DNA from: Octopus vulgaris | Lineage: Eukaryota | NCBI GenBank assembly: GCA_951406725.2 | Contig: OX597818.1 | Location: 28,148,001-28,212,000, forward strand | Direction of reading: 5' to 3' | DNA: 64,000 bases | In this document: in pieces, positions 26,863 to 40,245 of the stretch | Layout of the letters: the number at the start of each line of letters is the position of its first letter | Position numbering within the stretch: the first letter of the stretch is position 1 | Notes under the pieces: generated by a model | Seen by the model: the letters and a program-made list of their open reading frames with translations, nothing else | Database searches by the model: none | Told to the model about the DNA's origin: nothing | Made by a program: the position numbers and the translations under genes

Positions 26863-27166
26863 GAGGCGCAATGGCCTAGTGGTTAGGCCAGCGGACTCGC
26901 GGTCGCAGGATCGCGGTTTCAATTCCCAGACCGGGCGTTGTGTGTGTTTATTGAACGAAAACACCTAAAAGCTCCACGAGGCTCCGGCAGGGGGTGGTGA
27001 TCCCTGCTGTACTCTTTCACCACTCTTTCTCCCACTCTTTCTTCTGTTGGCCTGCTCGCTTAGCCAGCGGGGTGGCGTCATTCGAAGGCTAAAACAATGC
27101 GAACGCATTGTGACCAGCGATGTGTAACAACATCTGATGGTCTGGTCGGTCACGTGATCACGTGAT
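26862..27166 (+). mobile_element. Young tRNA-derived SINE
   Basis: GGAGGCGCAATGGCCTAGTGGTTAGG A-box, GGTTTCAATTCCC B-box, CpG-rich, ends tcacgtgatcacgtga. Confidence 0.8.
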
Positions 27167-27189
27167 ATATATATAGCAAGAAACAAAAG

Positions 27190-30100
27190 ATGAAAACGTG
27201 TAGGAACAACAAACAGGTGTATTAATTTAACGCTTGGGAAAAATGGAAAAGTCTTTTATGTGCTGAGCCTAAGCTCTTTGAGAGAAATGATTAAGAGGCA
27301 AAAACTGGAGGGAGAATGAAAAAAACCTAGAGAGAAAATGTTTGCAGAGTTCAATGGTCCGACATGATGAGATGACTGGAAAAAATAGGTTGAATGAAAT
27401 GGAGATAATATAATAATGGTAATGGTAACCCCAACAAACTAAGATGCACAAGCATGTGTGTGTATTCGAGTCTGTATGTGTGAATGGGGAAAAGTGAGTC
27501 TAACATGTGTATGTGTGTGTTGCATGTAGCAGTGCATGTGTGCTTGTTCAGAAGGTGCGTGCACATGCATGTGTATGTGTCTCTGTGGCCAAATAGTGGG
27601 CATGTATATAGCATATGTGGGTGAAAGTTATCTTTGTTTATGCATGTATTTATGCATGTTGCATGTGTGTGTATATATTGTCTGTGTTCAGGTAATATGT
27701 GCTTGTATGGGTGTGGGAGTGTGCATGATGGTGTGCGGTGTGTACTTAGTTAAACAGTGTGTGTGGCTGCTCGCATAATGGTATGTGTGGTGATGCTATT
27801 GAAGATTGTGTGTGGTGTGAGTACTGAGGAGTGGTCGGTGCTAGTGTGTGTATAGTGGTGTGTGAAGTGAGTAATGTGTTGAACAGTGTGTATGAGTGAT
27901 TTTATAGTTGTGTGTGTGTGGTGAGGGTACTGAGGTAGGTGATGTGTAGGTGTGTTAGTAGAAAGGGGGAGTTAAATGTGGGAGGTGTGTGGGAATCCAT
28001 GTGGCGTTGGTACCAAATGAAGATAAGAAGTGAGTTAATCCCATATGGTGCAAAGGAATGAAAAGAGAAAATTAATTCCTGTTCACAGTGAAGGCAAGTG
28101 TCCAGGTGGCCCCAGTGCAGAGAAAGTTCCAACACAAACAAATATTGTAGTGAACAACCAGTAGAGAGGAAGTGGTGTGAGACTGGGCTGTCATTGTCTG
28201 ATGTCTTGGAGGTGCTCTGCGAACCAGTCAGCCAAGTGGTGTCCCTTTTGAACAATATATAAAGAAGGACAGAAAGAGCATGAGATGTAGTAAATAACAT
28301 TAGTAGAGGTGCAGGCAAAGGAGTCGGTGATGTGACAGGGACAGTTATGGGTGCCAGTGAAGATGGTGGTGATGGAGAAGTAGGGGCAGGTGTGACAGCA
28401 TGGACAGGAGCAGAGGAAGGAACCAGGTTGTGATGCAGGGGTAGGGAAGAGACTGTGGACCAGAAGGTCACACAGGTTATGGGCTTATTTTAAGGAGAGA
28501 ACAGGTAAGTTAGGAAAGATGTGTGAAGTGGAGGGGTCGGGCTGGAGTTGCCAGAAGGCTCAGAGAATGGTGCGTTGCAGGGGTGATAAGTGAGGAGAAA
28601 GAGCAGAAGCATGGTCTACAAATCAGGCATGAGCAAGGGCAGTGTGGATAATGGTGAGGAGATATCCATGTATTATGACGTGGTGAGCCATGAGTTGAGA
28701 CTGAGCCCCAAAGTCATGGTCGTCACTGCAGAGCTTACGTAGATGGAGGAATTGGGAGTAGGTGATGGAGAACTTGGTGTGGGTTGGGTGAGAGGAGAAT
28801 AAGCTAAGGTAGGAGTGTGAGTCAGTGTGTTTGTAGTGGATGGAGGTAATGAGAGCACAGTGGTGTATGCTGAGAAAAATGTTGAGAAATTTGACGAAAG
28901 AGTTAGAGATAGTGCAGGAGAATTTGAGGGCAAGATGGAAGGATTGGACAAAGTTAGGAAGAAGTCCAGTTGTTTGCAGGAGAGTCAGGTCATGCCTGTA
29001 CAGTCATCAATATAGTGACCATATAGCTGGAGTGTGACCAGTGAACTGGGAGAATATTTGGGCCTCAACATAGCCAGCGAACAGGTTTGCATAGTTGGTG
29101 CCCATTCTCATTCTCACTCCCAAGACCTGTTGGTAAAACTCCAACATGAATGAAAAGTTGAGAGGGGCTAGAAGGGAAGGAGAAAGTGTTAAACAGAGAG
29201 AAAGCATGATTGGTGTCATGGGTGTGTGAGGGGAGGGAAGTCACTAGGGGGCAAGGACATGGTTAAGGTATTTGGAGATCATTTCAGTGGGGCAGTTGCA
29301 GGTGGAGATGATTGGGGTAGCCAGGGTTGTTGGGCTTGTGAACTTTGGAAAGGAAGTAAATAGTGTGAGTGTGTGGGATATGGACAATGAGGTTGGAGGT
29401 GGTAGGAGAGAGATGGAAGGAGGAAATGAAGTCATGAATAGTGGAGGGCAATCTGTTGGTAGTTAGGCATGAGGTTGGAGGGCAGAGGGCAATAGAAGGA
29501 GGTGACTTGAAGCTGACGGAGAGCTTCAGCCTTGTAAAAGTCTGTGCACCACACCACTATAACTCCACCCTTGTTGGCCAGTTTGTGGCACCAGAGACAT
29601 CGAAGGACTGAGAGTTCAGCTGGAGAGGTGTTAAAAAATGTCAGGGACACCTGCAAAAGTTGAACCGGTCCACAACATGTTGGCAAATGCTTGCAAATTG
29701 ATCAACTGCTTGGAACTGACCAGGAGCTGGTACCATTTGTGGGTGAAGTGGGTGAAACAGTCTTCTTCATTAGATGGAGGTGGACTGTTGTGGAATAGTG
29801 TATGTAGCCTGACGTAGTGCACAAAGTGTAGGATAATAGCATGAGTCTGAAACTTGTTACTGGATGGTATGAGAGGAATGAAGTGCAGACCCTTATTGGG
29901 AAGAGAGAAATCTACTTCAGAGAGGAGAGTTCAGGAGGAATGGTAACAACAGACTGAAGTGGGGGGATGAGCTCGGTGGGGGAGGGATGGTGGAAGTAAT
30001 GGAAGGCTGGAAGGAGACAGAGGAGGAAGTGGTATGTGGAAGGGTGGGAATGAGGGGTGGGTTTAGTGGCATCAGGTGGGACAGGATGAAAGAGTTAGTG

Positions 30101-30540
30101 GAGTTTATGTTGTTTAGTGCAAGCGAGGAAGTCATGGAAAAGGTGGTTCAGATGGAAGATGAAACATAAGGTGGAATGTGCAATAAATGGTGAGCAGTAG
30201 GAAAAAAAGGTGGAATAAGCGAGTAGGAGAAGGTGGTTAAGGGTGTGTATTTTGGAGTGATTAGAATGAATGGTGGCAGGCATAAGGTGACAGAGTAAGA
30301 TGGCAGAGGCAGAATGGAAAGTAGAGTGGAAATAGAGGTGGAAACCTTCGGAGATGAGGTAGTGGTGAAGGCAAAGAGCGAGAAAGGAAACATAATTACA
30401 AAAGCGTGTTTTTTTGGAAATCAGTAGGGAAAAAGATTAATAGAAGGCTGAAATCAGCTGAAAGAAAGTGTGGTAAAGTGTTTTTTTAGATGGTGGTGAA
30501 GGTAGAGGAGAATAAATTTATAATTATACATGCTGGAAAA
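27190..30540 (-). mobile_element. Degenerate Penelope-like element (RT + GIY-YIG)
   Basis: GVRMRMGTNYANLFAGYVE (PLE RT motif); CTSTNVIYYISCSFCPSLYIVQKGHHLADWFAEHLQDI (GIY-YIG) at ~28200-28320. Confidence 0.88.
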
Positions 30541-30600
30541 AGGACCAAAAAATGAGAGAGAATGGCAAAGTTATTAATGTATATATACTCACACATACAC

Positions 30601-30667
<67 letters not shown>

Positions 30668-31307
30668 ATTAAGGTTATGAAGACTTTCTTTATTTTCATA
30701 ACCTTAAATGATTTACCCATGATACTTCTGTTTACTAGAACAACTGTTTCCTATGTGGGGTCCATGTTAGGAAGAATCTTCATATTTAATAACATTCCAT
30801 GGAGGGCACTTGAATGCCTCTAATGCTTAATGATCAGTAATTCCAAATGTGTCATTAAGCACTTGTACATGACTCTCTCTTGCTTTAGTTTAGAACATTG
30901 ATTAGTCAGTTAATTGTTAAGAATGATGGTGTCAAAAATCATTTTAATAGAAGTTACTGGGAATTTGTCATTTGAGAAGAAATCGAAATGGGAAAAATAG
31001 TGAATCATGACATGATTTGTGGAATTTTGTTTAAGTAACATTGATTGAGCAGTAAATATCTTGTTCTTTAACTTTCCTCATGAGGGAATAAGAAAGTTTC
31101 TTATCTAAGAATTAGAAATTAAAACTTACACCTGAAACACATGTTTATACTTATGTGTGTGCATGTGCATGTGTCTGTGTGTCGCTGTGTGTGCATGTGT
31201 TTCATTCTATCTCATTAGTCTTTATTCTGATAGTATCAGCACAATACTATATATTTTAACTGTTATTTATAGCTATGTATTATATTCATTATTTTTATTT
31301 CTTAAAG

Positions 31308-31349
31308 ACATGGATGATGTTTATGGTAACATTTCAAGGAAACCTGATA
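31308..31349 (+). CDS. Micro-exon A1 (42 nt, phase 1-1): (D)MDDVYGNISRKPD
   Basis: Pyrimidine tract + cttaaAG acceptor, GTAAGT donor, length divisible by 3, conserved in paralogous copies. Confidence 0.75.
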
Positions 31350-31737
31350 GTAAGTGTATAAACAATCCTTTAATACAATTACACTAATTAAAGCACAAGT
31401 TCACCCTTTTATTTTATTTTAGTTTCTGTCAGGGGCTGTGACAAAACGGGGTGGGGTTATTTGTTTGTTTTAGACTCATTTCCCAGCCCTATCCCTGAAA
31501 TCAGTTCTGGTGAAGTTAGCAAAAATTTTGGTTTGTTCTTACTTTCTGTAAAATATATGGCTTCAGAAGATTCGTATGCATGTACTTAAATGCAACATTG
31601 AAAATATTTAGAATTATACATGTAATTTACATCTTTATTCATCTTCATTAATAATCCAGCCCATACATCTTCCTTGTAAGCCTTAGCTGTACCAGTAAAC
31701 CAAGCAAAGATATAATTCACATTATATCTTAAAATAT

Positions 31738-34093
31738 ATGCTTAAAATATCTGGTGGTGTGGGTCATGGCCTAGTCACCCGTATTGTAAACCAGGTAATT
31801 CACAAAGACGTCATACCTAATTAATGGCATAGCAGCACCATAGTCAGCTGCTACAAATGTAAAGGTGATGCTTTAGATAGAAATAACTACAGGGATATCA
31901 AACTGCTGGATCAGGTGATGAAGGTCACAGAGAGGATCATAGCCCAACTAATTAGGAAGAGAGTCTGCTTAGATGAGATGCAATTCGGTTTTGTGTCAGG
32001 TAGAAGCACCACTGATGCTATATTCCTGGTACAGCAACAATAGGAGTAATACCTAACCAAAGATAAACCCCTATACTTGGCTTTTGTTGACTTGCAGAAA
32101 GCCTTTGACGGATTCCCTCAAGCCTTTATCTGGTGAGCAATGCAGAAACTGGGGATAGACGAGTGGTTAATAAGAGCTATACAGGTCTTGTACAGGGATG
32201 TTGTTAGTAAGATAAGAGTCGGCAATGAGTATAGTAAAGAATTCCAGGTAGAAGTAGGGGTTCACCAAGGATCAGTCCTCATCCCCCTTCTAATTCATCA
32301 TAGTCCTCCAGGCAATAACAGTGGGAGATCCTCTATGCTGATGACCTTGCTTTCATAGCAGGATCACTACCAGAACTAGAGAAGAAATTTCAGATGTGGA
32401 AGCAAGGTTTAGAGTTGAAGGGCCTTAGAGTCAATGTCACAAAGACCAAAGTCCTATTACATATGAAGGCGAACACATCACACACCCCTTCTGGTAGGTG
32501 GCCCTGCCCGGTGTGTATAAAAGGTGTAGGTAGAAACTCTATAAGATGTACCCAGTGTAAGCTATGGATGCAAAAGTGGTGCAGCACATCAAAGGTATGT
32601 TAACCAGGAAGATAGCTTTTGTGTGCACAGGGGCAATAAACCCTGCAGATGCTCATAAGACTGATTCCATCACATGACAGGGGGAGAAACTAGAAATAAT
32701 GGGTCGGTGCATAATTATTGCGGCATTTTTTCGACAAATTTTATTCAACAAAAATAATAATATTTAACAAAAACATCTTTAAATGACAGTCTGACAGTCT
32801 GTCAAGCAAATGGGAAGCAGTAATTGAAGTAGATAGTGAATATGCTCCGGAATAATCATTTAAAGATGTTTTTGTTACATGTTGTTATTGTTTTTGTTGA
32901 ATAAAATTTCTTGAAAAAAGCCGCAATAATTATGCATCAACCCAATAGTTGATAGCTTCCGCTACTTAGTCTGCAGTGGGGGTAGATGTTCAGAGAGCAT
33001 TGCCACTAGAATAAGAATAGCCTGGGCAAAGTTCAGAAAGCTCCTACTTCTACTGGTGACAAAGGATTTCTCACTCAGAGTGAAAGGTAGATTGTATGAT
33101 GCATGTGTGTGAACTGCCATGCTAAATAACAGTGAAACATGGGCCATGACTGCTGAAGACATGCATAGGCTTGAAAGAAATAAAGCTAGTTGGATCCACT
33201 TGATGTGTAATGTCAATGTGCACACAGTACGGAGTGTAAGTGCCCTGAGAGAAATGTTGGACATAAGCATTGGACATAGAGTGCAAGAGAGATGACTGTG
33301 CTGGTATGGTCATGTGCTGCATACAGATGAGGAGAACTGTGTGAAGAAGTGTCACTCCCTAACAGTGGAAGGAACCCATGGAAGAAGGAGACTCAGTAAG
33401 ACATAAAATGTGGTTAGGGTGAAGCATGACCTTTGAACGTTGGGCCTCACAGAGGCAATGACAATAGACTGAGACCTCTGGAGGTATGCTATAACTGAGA
33501 AGACCCAGTAAGTAAAGTGAGATCACAGCTGTAGCCTACACCAGTGTTGCATGACCAGCCCATTTAAAAAGTACCTTTGAATTGTCAAGTAACATTCTGC
33601 TCTTGAGGAGACCTGTTGAGTCAAGTAAAATCAAAATATAATCAAATCGAATTGTAGTTGTGGCAGATGCCAGTGCTACCTGACTGGCTCCCATACTGGT
33701 GGCATGCACTAAGTACCATGCATGCGTGGGTCATTGCCAGTACTGCCTGACTGGCTTTCCATGTTGGTGGCATGTAAAAAGCACCAACCAAACATGTTTG
33801 ATGCCAGCCTCCCCATCCCGACAAGTAGCACATAAAAAGCCATAGCACATAAAAAGTACCAACCAAATGTGGCCAAAGCCAGCTGCGCCTAACTGGCTCC
33901 CATGCTAGTGGCATGTAAAAAGCATCCGCTACACTCTAGGAGTGGTTGGCATTAGGAAGAGCATCCAGCTGTAGAAACACTGCCAGATCAGATTGGAACC
34001 TGGTGTGGCTCCTGGCTTGCCAGTCCTCAATCAAACTGAAGAACTCAAGCCATCATGGAAAACGGGCATTAAACGATGATGATGATGATGATG
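31738..34093 (+). mobile_element. 5'-truncated RTE LINE (duplication copy 1)
   Basis: RT fragments with stops, (GAT)n tail. Confidence 0.92.
32699..32945. mobile_element. Mariner-derived MITE inserted in RTE (copy 1)
   Basis: ~88-bp imperfect TIRs, TA target duplication, internal LSSKWEAVIEVDSEY resembling a mariner C-terminus. Confidence 0.9.
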
Positions 34094-34651
34094 TATGTAT
34101 TGTTATGTGTGTGTGTGTCTGTGTGCATGTGTGTGTGTGAATCTGTTTAGTTAGACTGTATTCTGTGGAATTACTTGGCATTAATTAATATAGAACCAAA
34201 ATATTCTGAGATCAAATCACTTAAGAGCCAATTTTAAACTGTGAACCACGCCATTAGTACTTTTATATAATTTCTCTAATAAAATTAGCAGTTTCAATAT
34301 GGAATAAAATTTTGAAGGCCAATTTACTGAAGAACTGTCTCTCCAAACACAAATTCTGAAATGCAATTTTACCAAAATTACTTTTATTGCCTTTTGTTCA
34401 TACAAAGTTAATTTATTAGGCAGTTCTTTTCTTTTTCCCTGTACATCAATGAGAGGATAAAGAACTCATACCCTACATTCAGCTAAGTTCGAATTCAAAT
34501 ATTTATTTTTGTCTAAATATACATGTATATATATGTGAAATATGCAGTATGTTTTCCTATATTTTTAGTTACTTTCTATGCAATATCAGTTTATTTAAAT
34601 CATACTCTCCAAACAATAAATATACCTATTTTTATATGTAATTTTTTGAAG

Positions 34652-34711
34652 CTGTGGAAGAACAGTGCACAGAAATTAGTGATCCCAGATATTTATGCAT
34701 GAAACAGCCAG
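34652..34711 (+). CDS. Micro-exon B1 (60 nt, phase 1-1): TVEEQCTEISDPRYLCMKQP
   Basis: ttttttgaAG acceptor, CAG|GTAAGT donor, in frame with A1 and C1. Confidence 0.75.
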
Positions 34712-34846
34712 GTAAGTATAAACAATATTGGAAGTACATAGCATGATCATAGGATAACAAAAATAGAAAGCTAACAATCATGAAACATGTCACTCTCAAA
34801 CTTTTGGCTCTTGATATATGCATACATACATGTATTATCATTAGCG

Positions 34847-35362
34847 TCATCATCGTTTAATGTCCACTTTCCATGCTAGAATGGGTTGGACGATTTGACT
34901 GAGGTCTGGCAAACCAGATGGCTGCACCAGACTCCAATCTGATATGGCAGAGTTTCTACAGCTGGATGCCCTTCTTAACACCAACCACTCCGAGCGTGTA
35001 GTGGATGCTTTTACGTGCCACTGGCATGAGGGTCGATCAGGCGGTACTGGCAACAGCCATGCTCAAATGGTGCTTTTTATGTGCCACCTGCACAGGAGCC
35101 AGTCCAGCAGTACTGCCAACAACCTTGCTCGAATGTCTTTTCACAAGCCACCAGCACAAGTGCTAGTAAGGTGATGCAGGTAACGATCACGCTCGAATGG
35201 TGTTTTTAACATGCCATCGGCACGGAGGCCAGCTTGTTGTTCTGGCTACGATCTCACTCGTATGGTACTCTTAGCACTCCACTAGCACGGAAGCCAGTCA
35301 TCGATTTTGATTTTCATTTCACTTGCCTCAACAAGTCTTCGCAAGCAGAGTTTAGTGTCCAA
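34847..35362 (-). mobile_element. RTE 3'UTR fragment (copy 1)
   Basis: catcatcgtttaa tail and 3'UTR modules. Confidence 0.85.
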
Positions 35363-35491
35363 AGCAGAGTGTGTGTGAAATTGTTTAAGTCTATTTCTCT
35401 AGCATTTATTATGGCAGATTTGGCACAGTACTAACATCACTTAAATGTTATTTATAGCTATGCTATTTATTCTTTTTTTAATTTCTTAAAG

Positions 35492-35533
35492 ATATGGATA
35501 GTGCTTACGTTAATGATTCACAGACACCTGGTA
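35492..35533 (+). CDS. Micro-exon C1 (42 nt, phase 1-1): DMDSAYVNDSQTPG
   Basis: tttcttaaAG acceptor, GTAAGT donor; paralogous to exon A. Confidence 0.75.
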
Positions 35534-36027
35534 GTAAGTATATAAGAAATTCATTAATAAAATTACATTCATTAGTGCAAGAGTTAGCAAATATCTTGGT
35601 TTAGGCAGCTTCACATATGACATTTATATTTGTTTTGTTTCACCCATTGGACTGTGGACACTACCTTGAAGGGTTTAGTCTAACAAATCCATGAAAATAC
35701 TTATTTTTAAACTTAGTACTTATTCTGTTGATTTCCTGTGCCAAACCACTAACTTCAGTGGATGTGAACTAACTATGACTGTCAAGTGATGGCTGGAGAT
35801 GAACGCAAAGACACTTATATTCCTGTGTATATATAAATACATACATACATACACACACACACGTATGTATGTATGTATAGATGTATGTGCGTGTGTGAGC
35901 GTGTGTGTGTGTGCATGTGTTTGAGTCTATCTCATTAGTCTTTATTCTGTAAGATTCAACACAATACAATATATTTTAAATATTATTTATAGCTATATGT
36001 TACATTCATTATTTTTATTTCTTAAAG

Positions 36028-36069
36028 AGATGGATGATGCTTATGGTAACATTTCAAGGAGACCTGATA
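36028..36069 (+). CDS. Micro-exon A2: KMDDAYGNISRRPD
   Basis: AG/GTAAGT boundaries, copy of A1. Confidence 0.7.
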
Positions 36070-36451
36070 GTAAGTGTATTAAACAATCCTTTAATACAAT
36101 TACACTAATTAAAGCACAAGTTCACCCTTTTATTTTATTTTAGTTTCTGTCAGGGGCTGTGACAAAACGGGGTGGGGTTATTTGTTTGTTTTTGACTCAT
36201 TTCCCAGCCCTATCACTGAAATCAGTTCTGGGGAAGTTAGCAAAAATTTTGGTTTGTTCTTACTTTCTGTATGGCTTAAGAAGATTCGTATGCATGTACT
36301 TAAATGCAACATTGAAAATATTTAGAATTATACACATAATTTACATCTTTATTCATCCTCATTAATAATCCAGCCCATACATCGTCTTTGTAAGCCTTAG
36401 CTGTACCAGTAAACAAAGCAAAGATATAATGCACATTATATCTTAAAATAT

Positions 36452-38804
36452 ATGCTTAAAATATCTGGTGGTGTGGGTCATGGCCTAGTCACCCGTATTG
36501 TAAACCAGGTAATTCACAAAGAAGTCATACCTAATTAATGGCATAGCAGCAGCATAGTCAGCTGCTACAAATGTAAAGGTGATGCTTTAGATAGAAATAA
36601 CTACAGGGATATCAAACTGCTGGATCAGGTGATGAAGGTCACAGAGAGGATCATAGCCTAACTAATTAGGAAGAGAGTCTGCTTAGATGAGATGCAATTC
36701 TGTTTTGTGTCAGGTAGAAGCACCACTGATGCTATATACCTGGTACAGCAACAATAGGAGTAATACCTAACCAAAGATAAACCCCTATACTTGGCTTTTG
36801 TTGACTTGCAGAAAGCCTTTGACGGATTCCCTCAAGCCTTTATCTGGTGAGCAATGCAGAAACTGGGGATAAACGAGTGGTTAATAAGAGCTATACAGGT
36901 CTTGTACAGGGATGTTGTTAGTAAGATAAGAGTCGGCAATGAGTATAGTAAAGAATTCCAGGTAGAAGTAGGGGTTCACCAAGGATCAGTCCTCATCCCC
37001 CTTCTTATTCATCATAGTCCTCCAGGCAATAACAGTGGGAGATCCTCTATGCTGATGACCTTGCTTTCATAGCAGGATCACTACCAGAACTAGAGAAGAA
37101 ATTTCAGATGTGGAAGCAAGGTTTAGAGTTGAAGGGCCTTAGAGTCAATGTCACAAAGACCAAAGTCCTATTACATATGAAGGCGAACACATCACATACC
37201 CCTTCAGGTAGGTGGCCCTGCCCGGTGTGTATAAAAGGTGTAGGTAGAAACTCTATAAGATGTACACAGTGTAAGCTATGGATGCATAAGTGGTGCAGCA
37301 CATCAAAGGTATGTTAACCAGGAAGATAGCTTTTGTGTGCACAGGGGCAATAAACACTGCAGATGCTCATAAGACTGATTCCATCACATGACAGGGGGAG
37401 AAACTAGAAATAATGGGTCGGTGCATAATTATTGCGGCTTTTTTCGACAAATTTTATTCAACAAAAAATAATAATATTTAACAAAAACATCTTTAAATGA
37501 CAGTCTGACAGTCTGCCAAGCAAATGGGAAGCAGTAATTGAAGTAGATAGTGAATATGCTCTGGAATAATCATTTAAAGATGTTTTTGTTACATGTTGTT
37601 ATTGTTTTTGTTGAATAAAATTTCTTGAAAAAAGCCGCAATAATTATGCATCAACCCAATAGTTGATAGCTTCCGCTACTTAGTCTGCAGTGGGGGTAGA
37701 TGTTCAGAGAGCATTGCCACTAGAATAAGAATAGCCTGGGCAAAGTTCAGAAAGCTCCTACTTCTACTGGTGACAAAGGATTTCTCACTCAGAGTGAAAG
37801 GTAGATTGTATGATGCATGTGTGTGAACTGCCATGCTAAATAACAGTGAAACATGGGCCATGACTGCTGAAGACATGCATAGGCTTGAAAGAAATAAAGC
37901 TAGTTGGATCCACTTGATGTGTAATGTCAATGTGCACACAGTACGGAGTGTAAGTGCCCTGAGAGAAATGTTGGACATAAGCATTGGACATAGAGTGCAA
38001 GAGAGATGACTGTGCTGGTATGGTCATGTGCTGCATACAGATGAGGAGAACTGTGTGAAGAAGTGTCACTCCCTAACAGTGGAAGGAACCCATGGAAGAA
38101 GGAGACTCAGTAAGACATAAAATGTGGTTAGGGTGAAGCATGACCTTTGAACGTTGGGCCTCACAGAGGCAATGACAATAGACTGAGACCTCTGGAGGTA
38201 TGCTATAACTGAGAAGACCCAGTAAGTAAAGTGAGATCACAGCTGTAGCCTACACCAGTGTTGCATGACCAGCCCATTTAAAAAGTACCTTTGAATTGTC
38301 AAGTAACATTCTGCTCTTGAGGAGACCTGTTGAGTCAAGTAAAATCAAAATATAATCAAATCGAATTGTAGTTGTGGCAGATGCCAGTGCTACCTGACTG
38401 GCTCCCATACTGGTGGCATGCACTAAGTACCATGCATGCGTGGGTCATTGCCAGTACTGCCTGACTGGCTTTCCATGTTGGTGGCATGTAAAAAGCACCA
38501 ACCAAACATGTTTGATGCCAGCCTCCCCATCCCGACAAGTAGCACATAAAAAGCCATAGCACATAAAAAGTACCAACCAAATGTGGCCAAAGCCAGCTGC
38601 GCCTAACTGGCTCCCATGCTAGTGGCATGTAAAAAGCATCCGCTACACTCTAGGAGTGGTTGGCATTAGGAAGAGCATCCAGCTGTAGAAACACTGCCAG
38701 ATCAGATTGGAACCTGGTGTGGCTCCTGGCTTGCCAGTCCTCAATCAAACTGAAGAACTCAAGCCATCATGGAAAACGGGCATTAAACGATGATGATGAT
38801 GATG
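36452..38804 (+). mobile_element. 5'-truncated RTE LINE (copy 2) containing MITE 37413-37659
   Basis: Duplicate of 31738-34093. Confidence 0.92.
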
Positions 38805-39362
38805 TATGTATTGTTATGTGTGTGTGTGTCTGTGTGCATGTGTGTGTGTGAATCTATTTAGTTAGACTGTATTCTGTGGAATTACTTGGCATTAATTAAT
38901 ATAAAACCAAAATATTCTGAGATCAAATCACTTAAGAGCCAATTTTAAACTGTGAACCACGCCATTAGTACTTTTATATAATTTCTCTAATAAAATTAGC
39001 AGTTTCAATATGGAATAAAATTTTGAAGGCCAATTTACTGAAGAACTGTCTCTCCAAACACAAATTCTGAAATGCAATTTTACCAAAATTACTTTTATTG
39101 CCTTTTGTTCATACAAAGTTAATTTATTAGGCAGTTCTTTTCTTTTTCCCTGTACATCAATGAGAGGATAAAGAACTCATACCCTACATTCAGCTAAGTT
39201 CGAATTCAAATATTTATTTTTGTCTAAATATACATGTATATATATGTGAAATATGCAGTATGTTTTCCTATATTTTTAGTTACTTTCTATGCAATGTCAG
39301 TTTATTTAAATCATACTCTCCAAACAATAAATATACCTATTTTTATATGTAATTTTTTGAAG

Positions 39363-39422
39363 CTGTGGAAGAACAGTGCACAGAAATTAGTGATCCCAGA
39401 TATTTATGCATGAAACAGCCAG
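39363..39422 (+). CDS. Micro-exon B2: TVEEQCTEISDPRYLCMKQP
   Basis: AG/GTAAGT boundaries, copy of B1. Confidence 0.7.
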
Positions 39423-39557
39423 GTAAGTATAAACAATATTGGAAGTACATAGCATGATCATAGGATAACAAAAATAGAAAGCTAACAATCATGAAACATG
39501 TCACTCTCAAACTTTTGGCTCTTGATATATGCATACATACATGTATTATCATTAGCG

Positions 39558-40073
39558 TCATCATCGTTTAATGTCCACTTTCCATGCTAGAATGGGTTGG
39601 ACGATTTGACTGAGGTCTGGCAAACCAGATGGCTGCACCAGACTCCAATCTGATATGGCAGAGTTTCTACAGCTGGATGCCCTTCTTAACACCAACCACT
39701 CCGAGCGTGTAGTGGATGCTTTTACGTGCCACTGGCATGAGGGTCGATCAGGCGGTACTGGCAACAGCCATGCTCAAATGGTGCTTTTTATGTGCCACCT
39801 GCACAGGAGCCAGTCCAGCAGTACTGCCAACAACCTTGCTCGAATGTCTTTTCACAAGCCACCAGCACAAGTGCTAGTAAGGTGATGCAGGTAACGATCA
39901 CGCTCGAATGGTGTTTTTAACATGCCATCGGCACGGAGGCCAGCTTGTTGTTCTGGCTACGATCTCACTCGTATGGTACTCTTAGCACTCCACTAGCACG
40001 GAAGCCAGTCATCGATTTTGATTTTCATTTCACTTGCCTCAACAAGTCTTCGCAAGCAGAGTTTAGTGTCCAA
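39558..40073 (-). mobile_element. RTE 3'UTR fragment (copy 2)
   Basis: Duplicate of 34847-35362. Confidence 0.85.
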
Positions 40074-40203
40074 AGCAGAGTGTGTGTGAAATTGTTTAAG
40101 TCTATTTCTCTAGCATTTATTATGGCAGATTTGGCACAGTACTAACATCACTTAAATGTTATTTATAGCTATGCTATTTATTCTTTTTTTTAATTTCTTA
40201 AAG

Positions 40204-40245
40204 ATATGGATAGTGCTTACGTTAATGATTCACAGACACCTGGTA
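40204..40245 (+). CDS. Micro-exon C2: DMDSAYVNDSQTPG
   Basis: AG/GTAAGT boundaries, copy of C1. Confidence 0.7.

Noticed and set aside
26862-26935. tRNA gene
   Set aside because: tRNA-like head continues into a SINE body; no complete cloverleaf or Pol III terminator
27248-27288. Hammerhead at the PLE 3' end (gagc-ctaa-gctc stem)
   Set aside because: Catalytic boxes too degenerate to support a call
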